This document shows positions 37,533 through 48,048 of a stretch of DNA of 64,000 nt, in pieces. The stretch spans positions 124,001 to 188,000 of IMG/VR virus record IMGVR_UViG_3300041411_000129; one strand, given 5' to 3'. Position 1 is the first letter of the stretch, and every line of letters starts with the position of its first letter. The notes beneath the pieces were generated by a model, which saw nothing but the letters and a program-made list of their open reading frames with translations, made no database searches and was not told where the DNA came from. The translations under genes were made by a program, and so were the position numbers.

Positions 37533-38435
37533 ATGGATATCTTAAGCTGGGTTAGTTCCATCCTCCCGACCTTCGGGAAGAAAGACGTGCGTGAGAAGTT
37601 GCGCACCATCTCGAAGAAACTGACGGATATCGTCAAGCCTTCGGTTGAACTGTTTCGTGAAGAGATCAAGGAGCGTCAGCTGAAGTCTGCTTACGGTAAG
37701 TCCTTCTTCAAGGACATCGTCGGCGTTCTTCCATCGCGTCTCCAAGGCGGCGATTCGCCATTCAGCTTCGTGCTGGGCATGGCGATCGACAACGCGGTCA
37801 AGTTGCTCGACCAGCTCGAGCAGTACGTTACCAAGAACATGGGTGAGACCATCCATATTGAAGGTATCACGTACCAGAAGGCGTCGGTCATTCGTTTGAT
37901 CGAGATGCTCGACTTCTTCGCGGACTACTCCAACCGGCATCTGTCCTATCTTGTTGCGTCTGAGACCAACATCGAAGCGTTCGACAAACCGGACGGTAAC
38001 CCGTTCACGCCTTACGCGTTGAAGTATCTTCAGAACAACAAGCTGCCCTACATCCAAATGATGGGGCTGCTGCTGAACGATCCGAAGAAGATCATGACCG
38101 ACATCAACGGCATTCCTGAAGTCATCATGACTGATGCTGGCGTTGGTGAAGTACCGGCTCTGGCCGGCGGTGCGGCTGACCCTCTTCGTCTGGGCGCGTT
38201 CCCGATCGTCACCAGCGTCTTCCACTGGGTAGGTCTACGTAATGTCGATTACGACATCGAGCGTTACGAACTCGCCAAGAAAGAACGTCGCGATATCGAG
38301 ATGCGTCTCGAAACTCTGCGTCAACGCCGTGCTGGTAATCAGGACGCACAAGCCGAAGTCATCATCGCCAACTACGAGCGTGAACTGACTCTGGCCCGCG
38401 CCAAAGTTACCACCATGGAGGAGAAGCTGAGATGA
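37533..38435 (+). CDS. Head/inner-body protein (phiKZ gp90-like)
   Basis: 300 aa with a C-terminal coiled coil; follows the gp89-like gene. Confidence 0.75.
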   Translation: MDILSWVSSILPTFGKKDVREKLRTISKKLTDIVKPSVELFREEIKERQLKSAYGKSFFKDIVGVLPSRLQGGDSPFSFVLGMAIDNAVKLLDQLEQYVTKNMGETIHIEGITYQKASVIRLIEMLDFFADYSNRHLSYLVASETNIEAFDKPDGNPFTPYALKYLQNNKLPYIQMMGLLLNDPKKIMTDINGIPEVIMTDAGVGEVPALAGGAADPLRLGAFPIVTSVFHWVGLRNVDYDIERYELAKKERRDIEMRLETLRQRRAGNQDAQAEVIIANYERELTLARAKVTTMEEKLR

Positions 38436-38947
38436 GCAACCTCGTATATACACACCGTGGCTTTCCATGCGTGATGGATATCGAGATTTCCCAAGGGGCT
38501 GTCTACGAAGCCCCTGAGGTCAGCAAGATCTATCGCGATCGCATGCAGGAAACTCGTTCAGGGTTTGAAGTTGAACTCGATCAGGTTGAAATGCTATTAG
38601 GTGAGTGGACTCGTACCGGAGGCTTCTTCGGCCCGGCTCTCGCCCCGCAAGTGCGTCTGAGTGGCTCTGTGCAATCGTTCATCGCCGAGACAGCGCTCTT
38701 CCTGACCAAGCGTATCACCCGCCGCCGCGTCAGCTTCCAAGACCGCGGTATGCTGATGAAGCAAGACATCGCTGTGGCTGTACGCCTCCCAACCTTCACT
38801 GATGACGAGCGTGCGGCATTGACTGAACTCTCTGGTATGAAACCAGAAGTTCTGATCCAGTTCTGGATCACCCGCCTGGGGCTGGACGACCTGTCTTGCT
38901 CCATGCAGTTGTATGTAGGTGACCGTTCAAACTCGGACATGATGTAA
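38432..38947 (+). CDS. Conserved virion-associated hypothetical protein
   Basis: ATGA-coupled; 171 aa. Confidence 0.75.
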   Translation: MSNLVYTHRGFPCVMDIEISQGAVYEAPEVSKIYRDRMQETRSGFEVELDQVEMLLGEWTRTGGFFGPALAPQVRLSGSVQSFIAETALFLTKRITRRRVSFQDRGMLMKQDIAVAVRLPTFTDDERAALTELSGMKPEVLIQFWITRLGLDDLSCSMQLYVGDRSNSDMM

Positions 38948-39005
38948 TAATGTGCGTATACGCCGTCGGTTGCGCACCGACGATTAATATCCCTAGGAGT
39001 TTCAC

Positions 39006-40346
39006 ATGAGCAAATCTCTGCACGCATCTCTTCTGGCATACGCCGTTGAATCCGGCGAAGTAGCACCAGAAGAAGTGATCACCCCAGCCGGTGAAGAAGA
39101 AATCACCGTCATCACCGACGAAACCATGTCGGACCTGGAAGAAGCCGTTGCCGAACTGGCCGACGACGTCGAAAAGGTTGAAGACCACGAAGACGGCGCC
39201 GAGAAGGTAATCGAAGCCGTTGAATCCCTGGAAGCCTACGTGGTTCAGTTCGAACGTCTGGGCGAAGCCGGTATCGCGATCAACACCACCGCTGCCAACT
39301 TCGCGCTGCAAGGCATCGTCGCTTCCCTGGAAGGCCGCAACATCCCTGCCGCCGTCTACAGCACCGAAGCCTTCGCTCTGCAAGAGTCGTTCGAAGCTGA
39401 CGACAAAGAAGCCGACAAAGGTCCTGGCCTGCTGGGCAAGGGTAAAGCCCTGCTGACCAAGCTGTGGAACATGCTGAAAGCCGCTGCTGGCGCTGTGAAG
39501 CAAGCCATCATCGACTTCTTCGCCACCATGGGCAAATCCGCTGCCGCCATCAAGGCCGGTGGTGAGAAGCTGAAGCGTGTTGGCGCTACCATCAAAGACA
39601 GCAAGACTGTCTCCCTGAAGGGCGGTTCCTACAGCGCTCTGACCGTCGGCGGTTCCGTCGATCCAGTCAAAGCGATGGCTGACGTTAATAGCGGCTACAA
39701 AACCGCTGTTGTCGACAACATCACCAAGCTGCGCATCGTGGTTAACCCACTGGTGAAAGCTCTGCGCAACCCAACTCCAGGCGGCGTCAAGTCGGCTGCT
39801 GAAGGTATCGACGTCAAGTCGCTGGCTTCCGCAAGCGCATCCCTGCCAGGCGGCTACGTTGCTCACTTCACCGTTGGTTCGGGTGAAGGCGTTGCAGCCC
39901 TGACCGGCACTACCTTCAAGATCGAGAAGACCAAAGGCGGCGAAGGTGCCAAGGACTTCAACGCTCTGTCCGGTGGTGACATCGTCAAGCTGGGTACTGC
40001 TGTTGTTGCCACTGCTGACCTGATGGTCAAAGCCAAGTCCGACGCTGATGCCATCATCAAGTCGAACGACGAGCTGCTGTCGGCCGCTACCACCGCGATC
40101 AACGCTGCCAAGGACGATGAAGCCCAAGGCGCCGCTCGCGAGCTGCTGAAGACCGCTACCAAGCTGATGTCCGTTACCAAAGGCTTCGTACCTACCTACG
40201 TTCGCTACATGGCTACTACTGCCAAGGTTGCGTACAAAGCTGGTATGGCCTCGGCTTCGGCTCACGGCAAGAAAGACAAAGCTGAAGAAGGCGCGGCCGA
40301 CAAAGGCGCTGCTGATCCAAAGCTGCTGAAGAACGATGACAAATAA
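39006..40346 (+). CDS. Internal head protein, phiKZ gp93-family paralog
   Basis: Acidic propeptide with ESLE, STE and SFE sites, then KLWNMLKAA helix; strong high-expression codon bias. Confidence 0.8.
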   Translation: MSKSLHASLLAYAVESGEVAPEEVITPAGEEEITVITDETMSDLEEAVAELADDVEKVEDHEDGAEKVIEAVESLEAYVVQFERLGEAGIAINTTAANFALQGIVASLEGRNIPAAVYSTEAFALQESFEADDKEADKGPGLLGKGKALLTKLWNMLKAAAGAVKQAIIDFFATMGKSAAAIKAGGEKLKRVGATIKDSKTVSLKGGSYSALTVGGSVDPVKAMADVNSGYKTAVVDNITKLRIVVNPLVKALRNPTPGGVKSAAEGIDVKSLASASASLPGGYVAHFTVGSGEGVAALTGTTFKIEKTKGGEGAKDFNALSGGDIVKLGTAVVATADLMVKAKSDADAIIKSNDELLSAATTAINAAKDDEAQGAARELLKTATKLMSVTKGFVPTYVRYMATTAKVAYKAGMASASAHGKKDKAEEGAADKGAADPKLLKNDDK

Positions 40347-40374
40347 GCTTAACGGCTTAGACGTCTAACGTTTA

Positions 40375-40403
40375 GTACGGCGGGGCTTCGGCCCCGCTGT
40401 ATG
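40375..40403 (+). terminator. Hairpin with TGTATGC tail
   Basis: GCGGGGC-TTCG-GCCCCGC-TGTATGC. Confidence 0.65.
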
Positions 40404-40463
40404 CCGCGTTTATGATATAGCTTCCGCTATTAACGCCATCTCTCTGTGCAACGGGTGATAACA

Positions 40464-41771
40464 ATGACACGGTTCTCCGACGAATTCAAACGGTCGATGC
40501 TTGGTGACGGTTCTTTCGAATCCGCCATCGTTGATGAAAGCGATTATCAAGAAACAGGTATTACTCCTGAGCTGGTTATCCAGACTCAAGAAGAACGTGC
40601 AGAGCTGGCTGATGCTCTGGATCAGGTTGATGAAATCGGTGATGACCGTAAAGACATCGACGCTGCCGCTGCTGTAACTGACGCAGTCGTAACTGCTGTC
40701 GCCGCTGCCGAAACCATGCCTGCTGCTGCATCGGAAACCTTCGCTGAAATCGCGAACGTAACCATCGCTTCGGCCGCTCAAGTGTTGGACTGTGAGATGC
40801 CTCGTCTCGAGACTGATCCACACACCGGCGCTATCACTGAAGAATCCATGGAAAGCTTCAGCAGCTGGTTCTCCGGCGCTGCCAAGTCCTTCATGGAAGC
40901 AAGCTCGAACTTCTTCGCCCGTATCGGCCTGGGTATCTCCCGCCTGAACGACAGCTCCCAAGGTCTGACCAAGCGCTGCATGCGCGTTCGTACCGTGATG
41001 GGTGATCGTAAGGGTAACGGTGGTAAGCCGATCAAGCTGAGCTCCGGCGTACAACGTCATCTGGTTCTGGGTGATGGTTACGCTGCTGACCCGATCGCTG
41101 CACTGACTGAGTTCGGTGGCTACAACGTAGCGCTGACCAAAGTCGTCAACGAATACCACAAGCGTCTGGGCGATCTGATCAAGGATCGTATCTTCGCTGC
41201 CGTATCGTCCGGTCAGAAGAACGACATCTTCGTCGACCTGCAAAGCTCCGACCTGCTGGATGACATCGAGAAGATCCTCGCCCGTCAACCAAAGAACCTG
41301 ATGGGTAACCAGGTCTACGCCTTCAATGATCGTCCGATCAACAAGGTGTTGAAGGTAACCCTGCAATCGGGCATGCCGAATGCTATCGACTTGATCCGCC
41401 ACCTCGATGCTCCGAACTCTCTGAGTAACGATGCGATCGTTCCGATGCTGACTGCGCTGGAAGGTTTGATCGCTGAACAGCTGATGGCTCTCGAGAAGAT
41501 GTCCAGCCAGTCCAAGGCTTCGTTCAAGTCTCTGCAAGACGTGATCAAGAAGTTCAATGGCATGGCCGAAGAAGCTGAGATCGCTCAGCTCAAAGCCAAC
41601 GGCGTCGAAGCACCAGTATCCCTCAACTCGATGGAACTGCTGCGCGTCGAGAACCAACTGGTTTCCGAACTCGGCCGCGTCTGCGACCGTCTCGTTGATT
41701 ACCAGCGCGACATGATCGACCGTATCGACTCGTTGTTGACTTTGGTCGAAGAGTCGGTCTTCCAAGACTGA
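40464..41771 (+). CDS. Internal head protein, gp93-family paralog
   Basis: SFE and ESMES processing-type sites followed by SWFSG helix. Confidence 0.75.
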   Translation: MTRFSDEFKRSMLGDGSFESAIVDESDYQETGITPELVIQTQEERAELADALDQVDEIGDDRKDIDAAAAVTDAVVTAVAAAETMPAAASETFAEIANVTIASAAQVLDCEMPRLETDPHTGAITEESMESFSSWFSGAAKSFMEASSNFFARIGLGISRLNDSSQGLTKRCMRVRTVMGDRKGNGGKPIKLSSGVQRHLVLGDGYAADPIAALTEFGGYNVALTKVVNEYHKRLGDLIKDRIFAAVSSGQKNDIFVDLQSSDLLDDIEKILARQPKNLMGNQVYAFNDRPINKVLKVTLQSGMPNAIDLIRHLDAPNSLSNDAIVPMLTALEGLIAEQLMALEKMSSQSKASFKSLQDVIKKFNGMAEEAEIAQLKANGVEAPVSLNSMELLRVENQLVSELGRVCDRLVDYQRDMIDRIDSLLTLVEESVFQD

Positions 41772-41786
41772 TCTCACTGACCTGCG

Positions 41787-41816
41787 TGGGGAGGGGTCAG
41801 CCCCTCCCTTCGTATG
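41787..41816 (+). terminator. Hairpin with TATGC tail
   Basis: GGGAGGGG-TCAG-CCCCTCCC, then TTCGTATGC. Confidence 0.65.
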
Positions 41817-41839
41817 CCGCTTATTCAAGGTGCTAGACC

Positions 41840-43603
41840 ATGCCTAAAATCACAGTGGAGCTGGCTTCTAACTACGAGAACACCACACGCCCTGTTGCGA
41901 TGTCGATCGCTCGTGACGTGATGAAGCTTTGCAACATCCCCCAAGATACTCCTCTGTACATGCCGGGTGAGTTCGACCAGATTAATCAGGCTGGTACTAC
42001 TCTTGACGGTGAAGCTAAACTCTCCTTCGGTGGAAACCAGAAGGTGAAAGTAGTCGTCGAAGAAACCCTTCGTAATGAATCGGTCATGCAGCAGGTCATT
42101 AAGCAAAATGAAATGCCTGCGATGTTTGAAGACAGAAGGCTGGGTATCAGTATCCGTCCTGTCTACATGCAGTCTGACCTGACTCTTACCTTCCAGTACA
42201 CTTGCGCTAGCCGTCAGCAAGCCAAGAAGTGGCAGGATGGGTTTGCAGCTCGACGTGCAGAGAACCGTACTTCGACCTCTCATCAGATCGAATACGAGAT
42301 TCCAATTCAAGAAGGTGTGTTGGCGTTGCTTGCGCACTTGCATTCATTGAGGGAGAAGACTGCCGGATATGGCGAGACAGTAGCTGAGTGGTTCAAGTCG
42401 TGTCAAAGACGGCCGTTCCAATTACTCGCTACTCAAGACAAGGACATGAAGAAGTCCATGGTGTCTGTCCCTGAGACTCAGGTACAGATTACTGGGTGGT
42501 GGGATTTCACTGACATTCCAAGAGAGCAGAAGAACGGTGACACCAGTACGTGGGCTATTGAGTTCTCGTACCGCGTCATGTACCACCGCTGCACTCACCT
42601 GTACCTCGTCTATCCGCTGGTGGTTCACCAGTCGCACATCTCTCGGGATTACTTCGACTCCAAACCTCGATTCAGTCTTGAGGACCTTCCTAAGGAAAGC
42701 GCGATCGGTATCCGTGCGCTGGACTACATGGATCATTACGTCGACTCGTTCCCACAACCCGTCGATGGTCTGCGTTACCCAACGTACGACGAATGGATTC
42801 CTGGAAAGAGTCAGCAACCTCCAAAGAGTATTCCTGCTGCCAGTTGGATGCTCTCGCTCGATCCGAAAGATTCTCAGAAGATCGGCAACCTTACTCAACT
42901 ACCTGATATCCGTTTCACCAAAGAGATGGATACGTACTTGCGGGCAAACTACGCAGGGCTGGGTAAACGAGGACAGGCTTCGGTTCTGTTCACGATCTAC
43001 GTCAATGATTCGCCAATGACCGAGTCGTGGATTGAGATTGATAAGGATCTGAACATCCGCGCAACGGCTCCTCTGGATCTACGTCAGCAGTACCATCTAC
43101 GGATGTCATTCCCGACGTACTATCCAAAGTTCACCAAAGACGCTGTAAGGCAAATGCAGCTCAACAGTAATGCCACGCTGCAAGTCTTTCAGTCAATCGT
43201 CCCACGGCTTAACGTGGAGTACGCCAAGGCTATCATGTTGGATGACCAGTATCTCCCGATCGATTACATCGTCTGGTTTTACAAATACCTACAAGATCAC
43301 GGTATCGGTTACAATAATGATGGTGGCGGTAATCAAAACAACGGCGGTGCTTCTGGTGGCGGTCATGTCAACACTGGCACTGGTGTTCCTGGTTACATTG
43401 GTGGACCTGGAGGAAATACCGGAGGTAACGGATCAGACGGCTCTGGAAGTAACGGCCACACCGGTGGTAATATCGGCGGTGGTGGTGTCCGTGATCCCGG
43501 TGTTCCTTATCCGGATGATTGGATTAACGGTGGCGTCTGGACTAAACGAAGCATGAGCGGTGCCCGTTACGTTCAGTTCCTGTATATCGTCCACAAGAAG
43601 TAA
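41840..43603 (+). CDS. Virion structural protein with a Gly/Asn-rich C-terminal insert
   Basis: 587 aa; in the late operon upstream of tail-type genes. Confidence 0.75.
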   Translation: MPKITVELASNYENTTRPVAMSIARDVMKLCNIPQDTPLYMPGEFDQINQAGTTLDGEAKLSFGGNQKVKVVVEETLRNESVMQQVIKQNEMPAMFEDRRLGISIRPVYMQSDLTLTFQYTCASRQQAKKWQDGFAARRAENRTSTSHQIEYEIPIQEGVLALLAHLHSLREKTAGYGETVAEWFKSCQRRPFQLLATQDKDMKKSMVSVPETQVQITGWWDFTDIPREQKNGDTSTWAIEFSYRVMYHRCTHLYLVYPLVVHQSHISRDYFDSKPRFSLEDLPKESAIGIRALDYMDHYVDSFPQPVDGLRYPTYDEWIPGKSQQPPKSIPAASWMLSLDPKDSQKIGNLTQLPDIRFTKEMDTYLRANYAGLGKRGQASVLFTIYVNDSPMTESWIEIDKDLNIRATAPLDLRQQYHLRMSFPTYYPKFTKDAVRQMQLNSNATLQVFQSIVPRLNVEYAKAIMLDDQYLPIDYIVWFYKYLQDHGIGYNNDGGGNQNNGGASGGGHVNTGTGVPGYIGGPGGNTGGNGSDGSGSNGHTGGNIGGGGVRDPGVPYPDDWINGGVWTKRSMSGARYVQFLYIVHKK

Positions 43604-43614
43604 TCGGTTGAATG

Positions 43615-43647
43615 GAGAGTGGGGTAATCCCACTCTCTTTTATTTTG
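43615..43647 (+). terminator. Intrinsic terminator
   Basis: GAGAGTGGG-GTAAT-CCCACTCTC-TTTTATTTT. Confidence 0.75.
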
Positions 43648-43660
43648 TTGGAGGACCATC

Positions 43661-45019
43661 ATGTCGTTTATTGAAATCCCGGACGAAGTTCCGGTAGTGA
43701 AACCGAATCTTAAGATCGCCGATGAACCTTATCGCGGTCAGGTGGTAGAAACCAATAAGCAAAGCTTCTTCTCGCTGGCCACTTTCGGGTCAGGTATGAA
43801 GATGGCTTGCGATTACTACTCAGCCGTCGCAGGGCGCGATAACGCAGCCGCTTCGTATCAAGATGACCTTCCGCCAGTCTTTGGTCAGTACGAGCTTATC
43901 CGTGGCTTTGAGCTGCTCATCACGACACCACTGTCTCACCAGCAGAACAACGAAGGCACTGGTGAATGGGTATCGACTGGTTCGGGTACGGTGTACAGTT
44001 GTATCACTCCGCAGAACGGCGAGATGTTCTTGGCTGACATCGGTAACGGACAGGAAGCATTCTTCCAAGTCAACAACCCGCGTCGTCAGGGCATCTATCC
44101 GGAATCTCCAACCGAGATCGATTTCAAAATCACGCTGCCTGCAACTAAGGAGCTGGTCGAACGACTCAATAAGTTCCGGGTTGTAGAGACCTACTACTTC
44201 CATCGCGAGAACTACCGCAATGGCGTGAAGTGTCTTCTGCGTCGTGAAGAGGTTGATATCACCCGCCGTCTGGTTGATGCGTTCCGCCGACTGGTCCCTC
44301 TGTACTTCCGTGACTTCTTCGCTGATCGCTTCAACACTTTCTTGGTGCCTGGTCAACTCACCAGCACTTACGATCCGAACATCGTACGGTTCATGAAGTC
44401 GATCCTTGGGACTGAGCATCATCACCTGATGAACACGCTCACTGAACTCGGCGTAGCACATGACGTATATTCTAACCAGATTACGTTATTTGATGTAATT
44501 GCTAAGCGTGACTACAACCTCCTGTACAGCGCCTCAAGACATCTTCAGGTCGCACACGTTGAACGCATGCGCCAACACGCTCTCATGCGCTCTATCGTCT
44601 TCAGCGGCGTTAAGCAGATGCTCATCGCGGTGGATGTGGCGAACAGCAACAATAACCCTATCCAGCCTCCAGGCGCTTGGGGTCAATTGCAGGATGGTGG
44701 TGTACGTCAGCCAAACATGCGCTCGATTCTCCCTAATCTGGATCTGACCGATCCTGTCCCTGATGAACCTCCAGTAACTCAGTTGGTCAAGCCTGTCTTG
44801 GTCGATGACTGCTACGTCCTGAGCAAAGAGTTCTACGACGATGCTCCGGGTCAGAGTAAGCTGGAAGTCCTATTAGGGCAGTGCCTGCGTGGTCAGGCTA
44901 TCGATCTGGAAGTGCTGGCTGATATTGCAGACGCCTCCGTCAAGTTCGATAACCTCGAGCGGTTCTATTACACGCCGATCATTCTGGTCCTCATCAAGAT
45001 GGCCTCAGGTGTACTCTAA
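43661..45019 (+). CDS. Virion structural protein (probable tail/baseplate)
   Basis: 452 aa with GGAGG RBS; coupled operon. Confidence 0.75.
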   Translation: MSFIEIPDEVPVVKPNLKIADEPYRGQVVETNKQSFFSLATFGSGMKMACDYYSAVAGRDNAAASYQDDLPPVFGQYELIRGFELLITTPLSHQQNNEGTGEWVSTGSGTVYSCITPQNGEMFLADIGNGQEAFFQVNNPRRQGIYPESPTEIDFKITLPATKELVERLNKFRVVETYYFHRENYRNGVKCLLRREEVDITRRLVDAFRRLVPLYFRDFFADRFNTFLVPGQLTSTYDPNIVRFMKSILGTEHHHLMNTLTELGVAHDVYSNQITLFDVIAKRDYNLLYSASRHLQVAHVERMRQHALMRSIVFSGVKQMLIAVDVANSNNNPIQPPGAWGQLQDGGVRQPNMRSILPNLDLTDPVPDEPPVTQLVKPVLVDDCYVLSKEFYDDAPGQSKLEVLLGQCLRGQAIDLEVLADIADASVKFDNLERFYYTPIILVLIKMASGVL

Positions 45020-45642
45020 TGAGATCACAACCGATTTCCAAGTCTGCGAACTTCAGGTTCTCAACAGATACGGTACATGACGGAACGGATACTTCGTTCC
45101 TGATCTTCAACAAGCAATGCCTCCATCTGTATGAAATCGACTACAGCCACTTCAAGGCCATGAACGGAATCCTGAACCAGCCTATCGTTGGCCGGTATTC
45201 CGAACGTGAGATGGATAACCTGACCCGTGAGATGGTTCCTACTGCGAGCTGTATCTGGGATATGGTTAAACAGTTTCTGGACGGTGCCCACATTCGGATA
45301 CCGTGTCCAAAGACTGCTGCGTTGATCTACAAGACGATTGCGGCTCACGTCGAGGCTCACCTCACGGCTATGCGGACAATCAAGATGTACGAGGCTCCAG
45401 ACCCCGAGGACTTCCGTGCATTGACAGAGTTCGCTGTTGGCATTCGTCTCAACGCCATGCGTAGCGATGATGACATCGACGGTAAACGCGCTCAAGGTCT
45501 CAACCGTCAGCAACTCCCAGTCCGTGCGTCGTTCAGTCGTCAAACGGTTCAGGAAGATGCTGAGAAGAAACCTGACATTCCAAGAGTGATGCAGAAGATG
45601 GACTGCATCGATCGGTATCTGGAATCGATAAATGGCCGTTGA
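45019..45642 (+). CDS. Conserved hypothetical protein
   Basis: TAATG-coupled; 207 aa. Confidence 0.75.
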   Translation: MRSQPISKSANFRFSTDTVHDGTDTSFLIFNKQCLHLYEIDYSHFKAMNGILNQPIVGRYSEREMDNLTREMVPTASCIWDMVKQFLDGAHIRIPCPKTAALIYKTIAAHVEAHLTAMRTIKMYEAPDPEDFRALTEFAVGIRLNAMRSDDDIDGKRAQGLNRQQLPVRASFSRQTVQEDAEKKPDIPRVMQKMDCIDRYLESINGR

Positions 45643-47047
45643 GTTAGATTCGTCCCCGATTGCCCAAGAGGTCGCCCTCATCGTTAAGGAAGGTGGTAGT
45701 CCTTACTTCTTGTTCGCAGTGACCATCCATTGCGGCGGTAAAGACATTACCCCTCTCCAAGTGTTGAGGTTTGACGTTGGGCGCAACTACCGTGGCGCTT
45801 ACACGGATGACCTGTCCATCGTGGTGTCACTCGGCACCGGTACATTGATGAATGACATTGGTCCGTATCAAGACGACATCAAGATCACCGTCAACATCTC
45901 CAACGCCGATACAACCGGTACTCAGAAGACCGATCAGGCGGTGATGTCCAGAACGTACGTTGCGTATCTGGGTGATGAGATCCCACGCCCAACTGATACA
46001 GCGTTCAACCCATCGCTGCAAGATACTGAGACGGCTAACCGTAGTTCCCTCAAGAACACGACGTTTGTGTTGGAGATGGCAGCGGTCGGTCAGCTCAGGA
46101 AACAAAGTCTCGGCACGATCGGTAAAGCATGCCCTCCTTACGAGCTCATGCGTACGCTGATGACGAAGGCGTGTCAAGCGTTGAAGTTGGGTAAGGATGA
46201 AGTCATCGACAAGTTCGATATGGCTGATGCCAACAACCTGACAGCGCGTGACCACGTCATCGTTCCGGATAACACTCCTGTCTTGGAGATCCCTGATTAC
46301 ATCCAGAACAAATCTGGTGGGATCTACTCGACAGGTCTTGGGTTCTATATCCAAGGACAGTGTCTGTTCACATGGCCGATGTACGATACAACCCGTCAAG
46401 ATTCCGCTAAACGTGTGTTGCAGGTTGTGATGGCTCCTAGTCGTCACTCTACGATGCTCGATAAGACGTGGAGAGATGGTGGGCGGATGGTCAGCATTTA
46501 CTCGGCTGGTATTTCTAAGATCCTCGATGATTCGTTGGGTCAGTTGAATACCCAAGGTAACGCCGTTCGTTACACCAACGCCAATCAGTTGGTGGACGGT
46601 GGTCCTAAAGTTGCTGGCAACAAGATGGTGGCGTCTCGTACGACCAACAACCAAGAGTTCTCAACCACGGTTGTAGGTAACGGACAGAACCTCGCTAAAG
46701 CCGCTGGATCGAAAGTAACTGATAACGTGTACTTGGAGGCCAGTAAGCTGGCGAAACGTTCAGGTGCGCACATGGTGATCCCTTGGAAGCGAAGTAACCC
46801 AGAGCTTATCACTCCGGGTATGGCTACTGAGATCAACTACGATCACGATGGCGTTATAAGGACAATCGAAGGTACTGTGATTTCATGCTACAGTTCTTAC
46901 GAGCTGGAAGGTCAAGGTATGAACGCAGCACGATGGATGGCTTCATCTGTCGTAACGGTCTTCATTGATCGGAATGATCCTGACTATATCGCTTACCTAC
47001 AAGGTGGCGGTACGATCAGTGCCGTTCCAGAGATCGGTGAGATCTAA
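45632..47047 (+). CDS. Virion protein, probable baseplate hub/tail-tip component
   Basis: 471 aa; YIQNKSGGIYSTGLGFY block; hub assignment is inferred. Confidence 0.65.
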   Translation: MAVELDSSPIAQEVALIVKEGGSPYFLFAVTIHCGGKDITPLQVLRFDVGRNYRGAYTDDLSIVVSLGTGTLMNDIGPYQDDIKITVNISNADTTGTQKTDQAVMSRTYVAYLGDEIPRPTDTAFNPSLQDTETANRSSLKNTTFVLEMAAVGQLRKQSLGTIGKACPPYELMRTLMTKACQALKLGKDEVIDKFDMADANNLTARDHVIVPDNTPVLEIPDYIQNKSGGIYSTGLGFYIQGQCLFTWPMYDTTRQDSAKRVLQVVMAPSRHSTMLDKTWRDGGRMVSIYSAGISKILDDSLGQLNTQGNAVRYTNANQLVDGGPKVAGNKMVASRTTNNQEFSTTVVGNGQNLAKAAGSKVTDNVYLEASKLAKRSGAHMVIPWKRSNPELITPGMATEINYDHDGVIRTIEGTVISCYSSYELEGQGMNAARWMASSVVTVFIDRNDPDYIAYLQGGGTISAVPEIGEI

Positions 47048-47062
47048 CAATCCCATAGTCAC

Positions 47063-47069
47063 ACATTAC
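47063..47069 (+). promoter_or_regulatory. Putative early promoter motif (GTCACACATTAC)
   Basis: Intergenic ACATTAC with the extended GTCAC prefix seen at other copies. Confidence 0.6.
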
Positions 47070-47087
47070 CGACGTAGAATCTAATCA

Positions 47088-47114
47088 CCGGGGGAGTAAT
47101 TCCCCGGCCTTTTT
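47088..47114 (+). terminator. Intrinsic terminator
   Basis: CCGGGGGAG-TAA-TTCCCCGG, then CCTTTTT. Confidence 0.65.
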
Positions 47115-47170
47115 CTGCATCGGTAAGAAGGAACCATTTTGAATGCATTCTAATTTCAAGGAATTTAACC

Positions 47171-47911
47171 ATGAATACGACTCTGTCTCCAGACAGACCC
47201 GTAGTTGAGAGGAATACGATACTCAACTTAATTGTCAAAACCTCCGAGGGTAAATCCGAATACGGACTCTTCCTCGTGCTTGAAAGCTTCGATTACAACG
47301 ATGCGCTGGCGGAAGTTCGTATCGACGGCGCTGTGAAGTCTGAAGATGTATTCTCCAAGCTCACACGGCAGCTTGTGGATCGCAAAACGATCCTACCCGT
47401 TGAATCGTACACTTTAGATTTAGGAGAGCGTGGGCGAGCTTGTGGAGCCTTGAAGGATAGCTACCATCATCAGCTCAACGATTGGTCTAGCATGGCCAAG
47501 GTGTTGGTTACTGAAGTTGAGAAGCATCACTTCGACTTCATGGGACCTGAAGGTCTTCTCCATCTGCTCAAAGTACAAAACGGCCCGACGCTTGGACAGG
47601 TCTTCATTGAAATCAAAACGGGGAACTACGAATACACAACGCTGGACATCATCGGACCTGAAGGGGCTGACTACCCTGAAGACTTCAAGAACATGATTCA
47701 GCGGGAGATCACCCAATTCCTCAGAGAGAAGTACAGCGACGTTCCATTCGAGCTTATGGTTAGTATCCGCCAGTCGGATCTGTCCAAAGCTATCGAGGTG
47801 CTACATGTCGTCAGGGCAAGCTCTAATCACAGACATTTTCAAATCGGAGTTACTAAACGATTTAGACGGCCCGATACTGGTGTCGTTAGCAATACAAGCG
47901 TGGCTCACTAA
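47171..47911 (+). CDS. Hypothetical protein
   Basis: 246 aa with AAGGA RBS. Confidence 0.75.
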   Translation: MNTTLSPDRPVVERNTILNLIVKTSEGKSEYGLFLVLESFDYNDALAEVRIDGAVKSEDVFSKLTRQLVDRKTILPVESYTLDLGERGRACGALKDSYHHQLNDWSSMAKVLVTEVEKHHFDFMGPEGLLHLLKVQNGPTLGQVFIEIKTGNYEYTTLDIIGPEGADYPEDFKNMIQREITQFLREKYSDVPFELMVSIRQSDLSKAIEVLHVVRASSNHRHFQIGVTKRFRRPDTGVVSNTSVAH

Positions 47912-48048
47912 TAACCTTCTGGATGACTTGCTTTACTCGCTTCAACTGAACAGTATCACTTACACTCAAACCGATCAATTCCTTCACTTATACATTCGAG
48001 GACAACGCTTGAAAGTCCCACTCATCAACTTCATGACAGGAGAACGCT

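Noticed and set aside
38868-41828. Two long antisense ORFs (465 and 472 aa) over the head-protein genes
   Set aside because: Mirror-frame artefacts of strongly biased sense genes
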